A DNA stretch of 64,000 nucleotides from Candidatus Kapaibacterium sp. (GCA_938031175.1 CALHGZ010000007.1:2999-66998); one strand, 5' to 3'. Shown: positions 9,673 to 19,549, counted from the stretch's first letter. The notes: generated by a model from the letters alone, not told the origin. Numbers and translations: made by a program.

Positions 9673-12111
9673 TTAATATTTTATAATCTTTGTAGCTTTT
9701 GCACTGAATCCGTCGTAGATTATGCAAAAATATAGACCAGATGGGCATTGGTAACCATCTGAATTAGCTCCATTCCAATTAATTATAAAGTTACTTTCAT
9801 TTGTATGTATATTTTGGAACTTCCTGACAATTTGCCCATTTGAATTAATGATCTCTAAGTTTATTACCTTCTTATTTGATTTTGGCAATGATATTGAAAC
9901 TGAGTTGCTAAATGGATTAGGATAAACAAGAGGGCTTTTGAAATTAACATCATCATACGATTGTGAAATTGCGGATGACTTTTCAACAAATATTCTAATC
10001 GTATCCGCAGTTACTTTTGATCTATCAATAGCCCTTAAAACAAATTTATATTCGCCGGGAACTGTAAGATTTCTAACAAGTGTATAATTTTTTGTTGGAA
10101 AGTCGATAATAGGCTTTGCAAAATATGGCAAATCTGCTACTGTCCACCATAATGTAATTATATCATTATCGGGGTCAAATGTATCTGAATATAGCATAGT
10201 TGTTGCTGTTTCAGTGGTAATAATTGTGTCTGAAGCAGATAAATACCTGATTACAGGCGGATTATTTAATGGATAAACAGGAACTGTCAGATAAGAATGA
10301 GATGTATCATTTCTATCGTATGCAGAAAATTTAAATTTATAAACTCCGGGTAAAGATAAATTTTTTACAACGCAACGGCTCCGGGTTGGTGTCAGTAAAA
10401 CTGGTTCTGCACCATTGGGAGCTGATACTAAAAACCAATTAACAAAAACGGAATCAGAATCTATATCCCATGCGGAAGCACGCAATTCAGTACTATCAAC
10501 TGGCAAGGTAATTTGTACTGGCAATCGATTATGGACATCATAAATAATGGGTGGATTATTTTTATCGAAATTATATATTCGTAATATACGTTCAACTATA
10601 TTTAATCCATCGCTTACATTAACTTGAAATTTATATTCACCTGGAAGTTTAATATTTTCGATTTCTACAACTGGATTTTCAGGATGTATGAGCTTTGTAT
10701 TGCTTTGATCTGGTTGACTAACTATACTCCATTTATAACTGATTGAATCGAGTTCGGGATCAACTGCTGAGACAGTTAATATGAGACTCGTATCTTTTGA
10801 TGAAAGGTAATTCTTACTTGAAGTAAAATTAGTTATTACAGGTGGAAGATTTTGATGTTTATATGTATATATAGTTGTGATTGAATTAGGTTCAAGTTTA
10901 AGCTCTATATCACTAACTACTCTGAATATCCCTTTTGTGAAATGAATACCTGTTTGAGTATAATTAACAGCATAATCCCCCGGTGGCAAACCAATTATGC
11001 TTATTACATTGCTATCGCCTTTGTTTATTATGATTAATGTATAGTCATCATTTCTTCTAAAAGCTATTGGTTGTATCAATGTATCATTTGAATTAGCAAA
11101 AATTCTAATCGAGCCGGGAGGTATAAATTTAAAAAATTGACGAAATGCCCAAAAAGCTGGATTAGGCGATACGCTGCTAATATTCCAATTCAAAACAGAA
11201 TATGTACTGTATAGATCCCAAATTGATACACCGGCAATATTTAAATCATAGAATAAATTATCAGTATTAGCAAAAAAATATTCTGTTTGAGCAATGGGTT
11301 TATTATAATAATCGGCAAAATTGAAAATATTTTTTAAATAAGTATTCGAAGGATTGTAGCCATGATAGGAAATTAAATCGATCAGTTCTAAGAATTCCTC
11401 ATCATCTTCACTTTGCAATAAATAATCCCATGCAGAGTAAGAAGAGTAAGTCTCGGGAAATTGAATTTTTGTATTTAATCCATATCGAATAAGTTCATTT
11501 TTAAGATATTTAGTAATATCTTTGATAGTTTTTAAATTAAATGGATTATTATTACCTGGTTCATTTAAAATTGAAATATAATCCACATTAATATCAAATG
11601 AGTCTTTTAAAAAAAGAATCTTTGAAATAAGAAATTCAGAATATTCAGCTGGACTATAAAAAAGCCAAATTGGAACCCGTCCCGAGCTACCGGAATTGAA
11701 AAATGAGGGCCTCAAAGTCAAATTGAATGTTTTACCAGATTTTTGAACTTCATCAATAAATGGCAAAGCAAACTTTGATAAATATTTGGAGAAATCATCT
11801 GTGGAAAATGCTTGAAAGTTAATTGAATTAGGGTCCGCATTATCATTTTCCCATTCCCAAGCTCTATAATTAGAGCGATTGCCAGAAAGGAAATCTATCC
11901 TGAGCCGATTTAACCCCAATTCATTGACAAGTAAATTAATTGCGTCATTAATAAGTATATCATCAGCATATTCAGGAAAAGAAACCGAACAGCCCCAAGC
12001 TATAATTTTTTGCTGATAGCAATCAGAACATATTTGAATAACTGGATTTACACTAAAGCTTAGTGAATTCATCAAAGGGAAAATTATTGCTATATATTTA
12101 TATAATTTCAT
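9673..12111 (-). CDS. Secreted protein: N-terminal ~420 aa possible glycosyl-hydrolase-like domain, three PKD/Ig-like repeats and a T9SS C-terminal sorting domain
   Basis: 812 aa with a signal peptide. Three tandem ~93 aa repeats are each marked by PP(V/I)I....LPGEYKF.....D. The C-terminus VYPNPFSNSVSISL...GLYFCIIYDGFSAKATKIIKY is the TIGR04183 tail. Confidence 0.6.
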   Translation of the reverse strand: MKLYKYIAIIFPLMNSLSFSVNPVIQICSDCYQQKIIAWGCSVSFPEYADDILINDAINLLVNELGLNRLRIDFLSGNRSNYRAWEWENDNADPNSINFQAFSTDDFSKYLSKFALPFIDEVQKSGKTFNLTLRPSFFNSGSSGRVPIWLFYSPAEYSEFLISKILFLKDSFDINVDYISILNEPGNNNPFNLKTIKDITKYLKNELIRYGLNTKIQFPETYSSYSAWDYLLQSEDDEEFLELIDLISYHGYNPSNTYLKNIFNFADYYNKPIAQTEYFFANTDNLFYDLNIAGVSIWDLYSTYSVLNWNISSVSPNPAFWAFRQFFKFIPPGSIRIFANSNDTLIQPIAFRRNDDYTLIIINKGDSNVISIIGLPPGDYAVNYTQTGIHFTKGIFRVVSDIELKLEPNSITTIYTYKHQNLPPVITNFTSSKNYLSSKDTSLILTVSAVDPELDSISYKWSIVSQPDQSNTKLIHPENPVVEIENIKLPGEYKFQVNVSDGLNIVERILRIYNFDKNNPPIIYDVHNRLPVQITLPVDSTELRASAWDIDSDSVFVNWFLVSAPNGAEPVLLTPTRSRCVVKNLSLPGVYKFKFSAYDRNDTSHSYLTVPVYPLNNPPVIRYLSASDTIITTETATTMLYSDTFDPDNDIITLWWTVADLPYFAKPIIDFPTKNYTLVRNLTVPGEYKFVLRAIDRSKVTADTIRIFVEKSSAISQSYDDVNFKSPLVYPNPFSNSVSISLPKSNKKVINLEIINSNGQIVRKFQNIHTNESNFIINWNGANSDGYQCPSGLYFCIIYDGFSAKATKIIKY
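10014..10845 (-). repeat. Three tandem ~279 nt coding repeats (PKD/Ig-like modules) inside the 812 aa T9SS cargo gene
   Basis: Protein-level repeats beginning PPVITNF, PPIIYDV and PPVIRYL. Each carries a P-G-(E/V)-Y-K-F motif ~70 aa downstream. The copies are divergent at the DNA level. Confidence 0.5.
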
Positions 12112-12224
12112 TTTAATAATTTAATATTTCCCAAACAAATATAAAATAAAAATTTAATTGAAATCATTTATAAAATTTTAAAATATATATTAATTTTGAT
12201 TTTTTAATAAACATAAAAATTTTT

Positions 12225-12791
12225 TTGGAATCATATTGGATATATTTGTTAATTGCACTTGCCCTTGCCCTCGATGCTTTTGCTGTTGCTATTGCTGCTG
12301 GTGCTTATTATGTAAAAGCATCTAATCATCAACGTTTCAGATTATCATTCCATTTTGGTTTATTTCAATTTATTATGCCTATCCTCGGTTGGTTTTCAGG
12401 CATAGAAATTGTCGAAATTATTGAAATATTCGACCATTGGATAGCTATGATTATACTCTCAATTATTGGTATTAAAATGATTTATGAAGGGTTGAATAAT
12501 TCCGAAAATATCATAAAAAAAGATGTATCTAAGGGCTGGTCTTTAATATTACTCTCAATAGCTACTTCAATTGATGCTTTTGCAGTAGGTTTCAGTATCG
12601 GTATAATAAAAGGTACTATCATAGTCCCAAGTATTATGATTGGCATTGTAGCCTCACTTATGACTCTTTTTGGGTTATGGATTGGTGAAAAGTTATCTTT
12701 TAAATTTGGGAAAAGAATCTCCGTCATAGGTGGTCTAATCTTAATCATCATAGGTTTTAAAATTTTAAATGAACATATGCAAATTATCTAA
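12225..12791 (+). CDS. mntP: Putative manganese efflux pump MntP (YebN family)
   Basis: 188 aa polytopic membrane protein with two internal half-repeats, each containing the (L/S)(A/I)LDAFAV(A/G) motif typical of MntP. Confidence 0.65.
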   Translation: MESYWIYLLIALALALDAFAVAIAAGAYYVKASNHQRFRLSFHFGLFQFIMPILGWFSGIEIVEIIEIFDHWIAMIILSIIGIKMIYEGLNNSENIIKKDVSKGWSLILLSIATSIDAFAVGFSIGIIKGTIIVPSIMIGIVASLMTLFGLWIGEKLSFKFGKRISVIGGLILIIIGFKILNEHMQII

Positions 12792-13039
12792 ATTTTGAAT
12801 TAATAGTTAGATTATAATTATATTACGTACAATTCATTTTTCCTCATAACGTATGCTTTAATTTACATACTTTTCCCATAACTTTTACACAAAATCACCA
12901 AGCGAAGTGAACTAATTTTGATATTTACATAATGAAATTTTATATTATTAGTCTTAAAGCATAGATTTATAAAGAAAAAATAGTTTTTTTAAATTAAATT
13001 TTGTTCATATATTGTGTATAAAATTAAATAATCATTATA

Positions 13040-14017
13040 ATGATTAACAAAAACATAAATAGTATTGATGAAAAAGATAAAACATTGGAATTGCAAAAAG
13101 AAATTGAAGAATTGAAATTAAAAATTCACAATCAGGAACTAATTATTGAACATTTTACTCAATATAACAAATATCTGGAAAATTTACTTTTCTCAAAAGG
13201 TAAAGAGCAACTTGATTCAATAATGCATAAAAATAATGATGAAAACAAAAATTCAAAAAAAGATACTGCTGAGACTACTCTGAAGGAACAGATAATCGAA
13301 ATAAAAAATAAATTTAGTCAAGCAAACAATGCAAAGGATAAATTCATCTCAATTATTGCACATGACCTAATTAACCCATTGCAAACTCTAATATTAGCTA
13401 CTGAAATATTAGCCAAAAATGCTCATAAGTACTCAACTGAACAAATTGTAGAAGAGTGCAATGACATTCATTTTACAGTCCTTCAATTATCCGATTTGCT
13501 CAATAACCTTATGCAATGGTCTAAGACTCAAAGCGGACTAATTGATTATAAACCTGAATATATAGATTTAGAAGAAATAATTGATGAAGTTTTTCAACTA
13601 TTTTTTTTAAATGCCAAACGAAAAAATATTAGTCTTATAAAAGATATCAAAAGATCCCTATTCCCTTATTCAGACAAAAAAATGCTCCGAACAATTTTAA
13701 GAAACTTATTATCAAATGCTATTAAGTTTACAAATCCTGGTGGACAAATAACAGTTTCAGCAAAATCCACCAAAGGCTATGTGCAAGTTACAGTGAGCGA
13801 TACAGGTATTGGTATTGAGAAAGATGTATTAAATCGATTATTTAAAATAGAAGACCATTATACAAGCCCTGGTACAGATGGAGAAAAAGGTACCGGATTT
13901 GGTTTAATTCTTTGCAAAGATTTTACTGAACGTAATGGTGGAAAGATATGGCTTGAAAGCGTACCTAACAAAGGTACAAAAGTCCATTTTACATTACCAG
14001 AGAAGGAATTAATTTAA
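13040..14017 (+). CDS. Cytoplasmic sensor histidine kinase (coiled-coil N-terminus, HisKA + HATPase_c)
   Basis: 325 aa with no TM segment. The N-terminal 60 aa are a heptad-rich coiled coil. The H-box is FISIIAHDLINPLQTL, and the ATP-lid region carries GTGFGL/N-box motifs. Confidence 0.8.
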   Translation: MINKNINSIDEKDKTLELQKEIEELKLKIHNQELIIEHFTQYNKYLENLLFSKGKEQLDSIMHKNNDENKNSKKDTAETTLKEQIIEIKNKFSQANNAKDKFISIIAHDLINPLQTLILATEILAKNAHKYSTEQIVEECNDIHFTVLQLSDLLNNLMQWSKTQSGLIDYKPEYIDLEEIIDEVFQLFFLNAKRKNISLIKDIKRSLFPYSDKKMLRTILRNLLSNAIKFTNPGGQITVSAKSTKGYVQVTVSDTGIGIEKDVLNRLFKIEDHYTSPGTDGEKGTGFGLILCKDFTERNGGKIWLESVPNKGTKVHFTLPEKELI

Positions 14018-14019
14018 AT

Positions 14020-15273
14020 TTATTCTCGCTTTACGATAACTAATGTTTTATCATCAGTTAAATCAGAATCAGCAACAAATTTTTGTATTTCATCGAGAAT
14101 ATGGCCTGCAATCATTTTAGGTGTCTCTTTATGATATTTTCTTATGATTTGACATAATCTATCTTCGCCGAACAATATTCCTTCTTTATTTCGCCCTTCC
14201 GTGATACCATCAGTATATAAAACCAGAACATCGCCGACATCCATTTGGAAATTTTCAACCAAAAATTTCTGATTTTCCATAAGGCCTAACAATCCGCCGG
14301 TAGATTTCAAAAATATTGTCTTGTCGATATTTTTTTTATAGAGAACAGGTGGGCAATGCCCTGCATTTGCATATAGAACTAAATGATTTGAGGACATTGT
14401 TAATTCGCAATAAAATAAAGTAACAAATCGCTCAAAAGGGAATGTTTCATAAATTAGATTATTCAATCCCTTCATTAAATAAGAAATTTTAGGGGAAAAT
14501 CTTTTAGCCATTTTTAAGGCGCCCGATACAAATAGCGCCTGAATAGCAGCGGAAAGCCCTTTGCTCGCAGCATCACTAATTACAATACCAAGATTATCAT
14601 CCTCATCGTGCTGAGGAAGCAAATAATCAAAATAATCCCCTCCTACTGCTTCATCTGGAATACACACACCGAAAATATTATAATCAAAAAATTTATAGAT
14701 ATGATCGGGAAAAAGATTTCTTTGTATTTCAGAAGCTTTCGATATATCTTGAGTAATCCTTTGCTTTTCTGCTGTTGTTGCCAGGTTACGTAAAGCAACA
14801 GTTGCAACACTACTAATGACATTCAAAGTTTCATAAAATGACTGTAATATTTGCGGTGCATTGAAACCAAGTAAATATTCATAAAATTTACCCTCTTTTG
14901 TGCGGATGATTTCGCCGACACCAGCGACTGAATATAGAGTTATGCCTGACTTTTTAAGCATCTCATCAGTTTCTACACTCAAAGCAGTTCGTTCTTTTAA
15001 TAATTTAGCAAAAATATCCGGATGGTCACTGACCGGGAACTTATAACCGGCTGGTATTGTCGAAATCGAGCCATATTGGTACTTCAGTTCGTAAACAAGC
15101 TCGTTGGACTTGAGTTGCCAGACTCTGCCTCCAATTATTTCAAATTCTGGTTGACTAACTAAATCCCGAACAAGCGATATTAGTAATTCTAATTCTGACT
15201 TGAATTTCTTAGTCGTCAATTTTTCGACTAATTTATAAATTTCTCTTTGATTGGATGAATAATTGAATTCCAT
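14020..15273 (-). CDS. GAF-domain PP2C-type (SpoIIE/RsbU-like) serine phosphatase
   Basis: 417 aa. The PPM signature GGDYFDYL, the aspartate cluster VISDAASKG and LYTDGITEG are all present. The N-terminal ~170 aa have the GAF fold pattern. Confidence 0.8.
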   Translation of the reverse strand: MEFNYSSNQREIYKLVEKLTTKKFKSELELLISLVRDLVSQPEFEIIGGRVWQLKSNELVYELKYQYGSISTIPAGYKFPVSDHPDIFAKLLKERTALSVETDEMLKKSGITLYSVAGVGEIIRTKEGKFYEYLLGFNAPQILQSFYETLNVISSVATVALRNLATTAEKQRITQDISKASEIQRNLFPDHIYKFFDYNIFGVCIPDEAVGGDYFDYLLPQHDEDDNLGIVISDAASKGLSAAIQALFVSGALKMAKRFSPKISYLMKGLNNLIYETFPFERFVTLFYCELTMSSNHLVLYANAGHCPPVLYKKNIDKTIFLKSTGGLLGLMENQKFLVENFQMDVGDVLVLYTDGITEGRNKEGILFGEDRLCQIIRKYHKETPKMIAGHILDEIQKFVADSDLTDDKTLVIVKRE

Positions 15274-15498
15274 ATTGAAAACATATAATGATGTAATTTA
15301 CAAACTTAAATATTTTTCCTTTGACATGGAAAGTTTCCTGTAAATTTTATATTCTTAATAACTGAAATTCTTTGATTTTTAAGAATTATTATATAATAAA
15401 AACCAATTAAAAACATACTTTTATAAATAATTAAAAAAGAATTATTTATATATTGTTAATTTTGATTACAATTTATAAAATTGTAGCTATCCATTTTT

Positions 15499-15990
15499 AT
15501 GAAAAAAATCACTATGATAGAACTCATCAGGGAAGGAAAAAACAACGATGGGAATAAAACAGAACCCATTCGCATTGCTTTGCCCTTCCAAACCATTGAA
15601 ACCATTAACGAAAGTGCTGACGACCGACAAAAACGCCTTAACAGCTTATTTAACCAAATGGAAAACAATGGCGATTGGCGCAACCGACTTATATGGGGCT
15701 ATAGAAAATACATCCTCTACCTTAGCCAAAATCCATAATTACCTCCCTGACTTTATTGTAATAACCACAAATGGTAACCACTGGATTGTCGAAACTAATG
15801 GCTTAGAAGATATCAATGTTAAACAAGAAGACAATGCTGATATAAATTGATGCCACAACGCTACAAATCTAACTGCTATCGAATGGAAATATTTAAAGGT
15901 CCAAAAAAATGATTATGAAAAACTTATGTCAGACAACTTTGCTGATCTTATAACTACTATTTATCTCCCCCTTACATTGATGAATTGAAA
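15499..15990 (+). pseudogene. Decayed gene remnant split over three frames (possible PD-(D/E)xK nuclease or restriction-enzyme C-terminal fragment)
   Basis: Three consecutive + strand ORF fragments lie in different frames (15499-15738, 15548-15850, 15853-15988) with no credible start. The segment YLPDFIVITTNGNHWIVETNG resembles a PD...E(T)K nuclease core, with Lys replaced by Asn. Confidence 0.3.
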
Positions 15991-16154
15991 GCTGAAGTAA
16001 TAAAATTTTAAATATGACTTAGGTTCAAAATTTACATATATCCGCTTTAAGTTTATAGAAAAATTATCGATAAAATAAGTAAATTTGTTTTGTTACAAAT
16101 GCCTTATTAGATTGTTAATTCAATTTATAAGAGAAATTAATTTAAGAGGTTAAG

Positions 16155-18335
16155 ATGAACAAAATTCTCCTATGGTTAGTTTTATTTTCTATTGTATTAA
16201 TATCATTAAATACCGCCTTATCCCAGCAACCGCGGCATATTACTTCACGGGATTTATCTGTATTAGTCAATACCTCAATTTATGTATCTCCGATGAATAT
16301 TATGGGTATAAAATTAGAATGGGAAAAAAATGAACTTGCATTGAGCTATTCAATCCGCAAAAAGAAGCTTAACGAAAATACTTTCCCCACAGTTTTCTTA
16401 GCTGAATTGGATTCGAATACCTTCGAATATATTGATTTGAATGTATCCCCAGGTGAAATCTATGAATATGAAGTTTCAGCTTATTCTTTCGGTTCCGTAT
16501 TAGTTACCTTCCAAGATAATCAAGGCAACCGGTTTGATTCGACAATGTCGTTTTATTTTCGTGCCTTTGGTTACACTGCATCTGCTCTGGCTGCACCAGA
16601 ATACGATGCTCCCGGTAAAGTTCTAATTCTTGTAGATGAAAAAATACAGCCATCAATTGAAAAAGAATTGCAACGCTTAATGAACAATTTAGTGTTCGAA
16701 GGATGGACGGTAGCACGGAAAGATGTCCCACGGACAGAACAATTCGATGGCAATGCTGTACGGGCAATAAAAAATATAATAGTCGAAGAAAGTGCTAGAG
16801 GTGATGACCGTCTGAGTGCAGTTATATTATTGGGGAGAATAGCGGTACCTTATTCGGGCAGGTTCAATCCTGATGCACATCCAGACCATCTAGGGGCTTG
16901 GCCAGCCGATATGTATTATGGTGTTTTAGATGAATGGATCTGGACCGACTTCTCGGTAAACGATGTAAATGCAAGCAGGGTTGAGAACAGAAATATACCC
17001 GGTGATGGTAAATTCGATCAAAGCTCGCTCACTTCTGGAAGTGTGGAAATAGCAATCGGACGGATCGATTTTTACAATATGCCCGTTTTTGTGAATGACT
17101 CTATGTTCACAGAAGAACAGCTCTACAAGCGTTATCTTGATAAAAATCATAAATACCGTATAGGGGATATGGAAATTGAAATGGCTGGTTTAGTTGATGA
17201 TAATTTTTCTGCAGCACGAATTTGGGAGGGATTTGCATCATCTGGATGGCGAAATATTGGAAATCTTGTCGGCAGAAAAAATGTAAAATCTCTTGATTGG
17301 TTCAGTACGTTAAAAAATGAGAGTAAACTTTGGGCTTATGGCTGTGGTGGAGGTACTTATAAAAGTGCTGGCGGAATTGGCGAAACAAAAGATTTCGCAA
17401 TTAATCCTGTAAAGACTGTTTTTACAATGTTATTCGGCTCGTATTTCGGAGATTGGGACTCACAAAACAATTTTCTTCGAGCTTCACTATGCTCCGATCC
17501 ATCGGCTTTGACTTGCACCTGGGCAGGTCGTCCACATTGGTTTTTCCATCATATGGGACTTGGCTTTCCGATTGGATATTCTACATTGATTTCACAAAAC
17601 AATACATCACTTTATCTACCAAACTTTTATTGGATGCCACAAATTTACCCACAATATCCAAATGGTTTTGTTTATTCCATTGCTAATCGTGGGGTTCATA
17701 TAGCTTTGATGGGCGATCCAACGCTTAGAATGTATAGTTCTAAGGTACCAATACCACAAAATGTTTCAGTTTTTCAACGTGATCTGAACACAGTTGAAAT
17801 TCGCTGGGATATACCTGAGGTGGATATGTATATGCATTTCAATGTCTATCGTTCATTCAGTAAATATGGACCTTTTAAAAAGATTAATAAAGACTATATT
17901 CAAGGTAATAGTTATATAGATACCATTACGGGAGATAAAGAAGTTTTTTATATGGTCAGAACTAGTATTCGCCAATTTACAAATTCGGGGATGTTTTTCA
18001 ATCAAAGTCGAGGCATAATAAAGTCAGTTATAATTACAGGGGTAGATGATAAGTATCAGGAAAAGATTGAAGTTTCGGTATCCCCTAATCCTGCAAGCAA
18101 TAATATCGATATCCAGCTTAATTCTCCCTTTGTACAAAATGTTTCCCTTGAGATATATGATTTACAAGGAAGGAAAATTAAATCTATTTATAATGGACAA
18201 TTAATTTCCGGTAGACATCAGTTTGCTTGGAATTTAATAAATGAAGCTCACCAGCCAATCCCTGGTGGGATTTATTTATTAAAAACTACATGCGAACTTG
18301 GTAGTGACATTCAAAAAATTGTAATTATACCATAA
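16155..18335 (+). CDS. Gingipain/C25-like (clan CD fold) secreted protein with T9SS C-terminal sorting domain, possibly a non-peptidase homologue
   Basis: 726 aa with a signal peptide. The N-terminal part resembles the C25 propeptide and catalytic region (LILVDEKIQPSIEKELQRLMNNLVFEGWTV). The stretch WAYGCGGGTYKS...TVFTMLFGSYFGDWD aligns by eye to gingipain YVGHGSE...FIFDVACVNGDF, with His replaced by Cys and Cys by Ser. The C-terminus VSPNPASNNIDIQL...GIYLLKTT... is the TIGR04183 tail. Confidence 0.6.
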   Translation: MNKILLWLVLFSIVLISLNTALSQQPRHITSRDLSVLVNTSIYVSPMNIMGIKLEWEKNELALSYSIRKKKLNENTFPTVFLAELDSNTFEYIDLNVSPGEIYEYEVSAYSFGSVLVTFQDNQGNRFDSTMSFYFRAFGYTASALAAPEYDAPGKVLILVDEKIQPSIEKELQRLMNNLVFEGWTVARKDVPRTEQFDGNAVRAIKNIIVEESARGDDRLSAVILLGRIAVPYSGRFNPDAHPDHLGAWPADMYYGVLDEWIWTDFSVNDVNASRVENRNIPGDGKFDQSSLTSGSVEIAIGRIDFYNMPVFVNDSMFTEEQLYKRYLDKNHKYRIGDMEIEMAGLVDDNFSAARIWEGFASSGWRNIGNLVGRKNVKSLDWFSTLKNESKLWAYGCGGGTYKSAGGIGETKDFAINPVKTVFTMLFGSYFGDWDSQNNFLRASLCSDPSALTCTWAGRPHWFFHHMGLGFPIGYSTLISQNNTSLYLPNFYWMPQIYPQYPNGFVYSIANRGVHIALMGDPTLRMYSSKVPIPQNVSVFQRDLNTVEIRWDIPEVDMYMHFNVYRSFSKYGPFKKINKDYIQGNSYIDTITGDKEVFYMVRTSIRQFTNSGMFFNQSRGIIKSVIITGVDDKYQEKIEVSVSPNPASNNIDIQLNSPFVQNVSLEIYDLQGRKIKSIYNGQLISGRHQFAWNLINEAHQPIPGGIYLLKTTCELGSDIQKIVIIP

Positions 18336-18526
18336 AAAAATTGAATAAAAAGCCTGTATTACTCATAAACCACTGTATTATAAAAGGGTATATAATCTTA
18401 TATAATATTTCTGAGTTTGTTTTTTACATAAATTCAAATAAATGATTTAATGACTGGTTACTTTCCAGTTAGGAATCTAATTATTTAAATCTTATTATCT
18501 TTTCAAAAAAATATTATATTTTAAAA

Positions 18527-18829
18527 TTAACGTTCGAAATCAACAACACGGGTTTCAAGAATGACTTTTTTGATGAATTCAATTACAATTTTATGTTCGG
18601 GATGATTTCGATATGCCAGTAAATCTTCAAAAGTATCAAATTCTGAAACAAGAGCAATGTCGGATGAATTTTCAGAATTAGTAATATTACTGCCGAATTC
18701 ATATTTTTTTATTTGAGGAATTTTTGATGGTAAACCAGATAGCAAACTGAGAACAAGTTCAATGTTTTCCTCTCTAGCTTTCCCCTCGGCAAAATCTTTA
18801 AATTTAAATAGAACAATGTGAACAATCAT
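18527..18829 (-). CDS. Dabb-family stress-responsive alpha/beta-barrel protein
   Basis: 100 aa. MIVHIVLFKFKD...AYRNHPEHKIV fits the Dabb (stress-responsive A/B barrel) domain pattern. Confidence 0.55.
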   Translation of the reverse strand: MIVHIVLFKFKDFAEGKAREENIELVLSLLSGLPSKIPQIKKYEFGSNITNSENSSDIALVSEFDTFEDLLAYRNHPEHKIVIEFIKKVILETRVVDFER

Positions 18830-18841
18830 ATAATTTCTTTA

Positions 18842-19405
18842 TTATTCTTTTACCCTTTCCATATAGCTACCTGCACGAGTGTCAACTTTAATTATATCCC
18901 CTTCATTAATGAATAAAGGAACTTGAACAGTCGCCCCTGTTTCGAGTGTAGCAGGTTTTAAAACATTAGTAGCAGTATCACCACGAACTCCGGGTTCTGT
19001 ATGAGTAACTAAAAGATTGACTGTAGGAGGCAATTCGCAAGCGATTACTTGATCGCCTTCGAATGAGAGCTGACAGATTTGATTTTCTTTCAGAAATTGA
19101 ATAGCATCGCCAACTAGAAAGTCATCAACGGGTATTTGCTCGTATGTTTCTGTATTCATAAAAACAAGGTGCGATCCATCGCGGTATAAATATTGATAAT
19201 CGCGTTTTTCAATTCGAACAATGTCAATTGATTCACCCGAACGGAATCGATTTTCAAAAAGTCTGCCAGTTTTGATGCTACGCATTTTAACTTGATAAAA
19301 AGCACGTAAATTCCCTGGTGTGCGGTGTTCTGATTCGAGTACCTGACAGGTTTCACCATTGAATTTAATAAATATTCCTGGTCTTAAATCCGAAGTTGTT
19401 CCCAT
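18842..19405 (-). CDS. efp: Translation elongation factor P
   Basis: 187 aa. It aligns without gaps to B. subtilis EF-P (DxRxGxxIxxxG.....V.....H..PG...AF...K.R...TG). The hairpin tip residue equivalent to Lys32 is Asn (HRTPGNLRAF). Confidence 0.9.
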   Translation of the reverse strand: MGTTSDLRPGIFIKFNGETCQVLESEHRTPGNLRAFYQVKMRSIKTGRLFENRFRSGESIDIVRIEKRDYQYLYRDGSHLVFMNTETYEQIPVDDFLVGDAIQFLKENQICQLSFEGDQVIACELPPTVNLLVTHTEPGVRGDTATNVLKPATLETGATVQVPLFINEGDIIKVDTRAGSYMERVKE

Positions 19406-19515
19406 AATATTCCATTATAACTTATTAATAGAATACAAAGTTAACATTTTCCTCCATTTTATAAAAATTCAATTCATAACTGCCTTGCAAGTTATTTTAA
19501 GGAACTGAATTTTTA

Positions 19516-19549
19516 TAAAAAAATACCCGAATAAGTTTATATCGGGTAT
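19516..19549 (-). terminator. Rho-independent terminator downstream of ahcY
   Basis: Perfect 8 bp stem ATACCCGA/TCGGGTAT with a 11 nt loop. On the minus strand the hairpin is followed by T7. It lies 20 nt past the ahcY stop. Confidence 0.6.

Noticed and set aside
12112-12224. Expected yybP-ykoY (Mn) riboswitch upstream of the mntP-like gene
   Set aside because: The spacer is almost pure A/T, with no GC-rich four-way-junction helices and no conserved motif.
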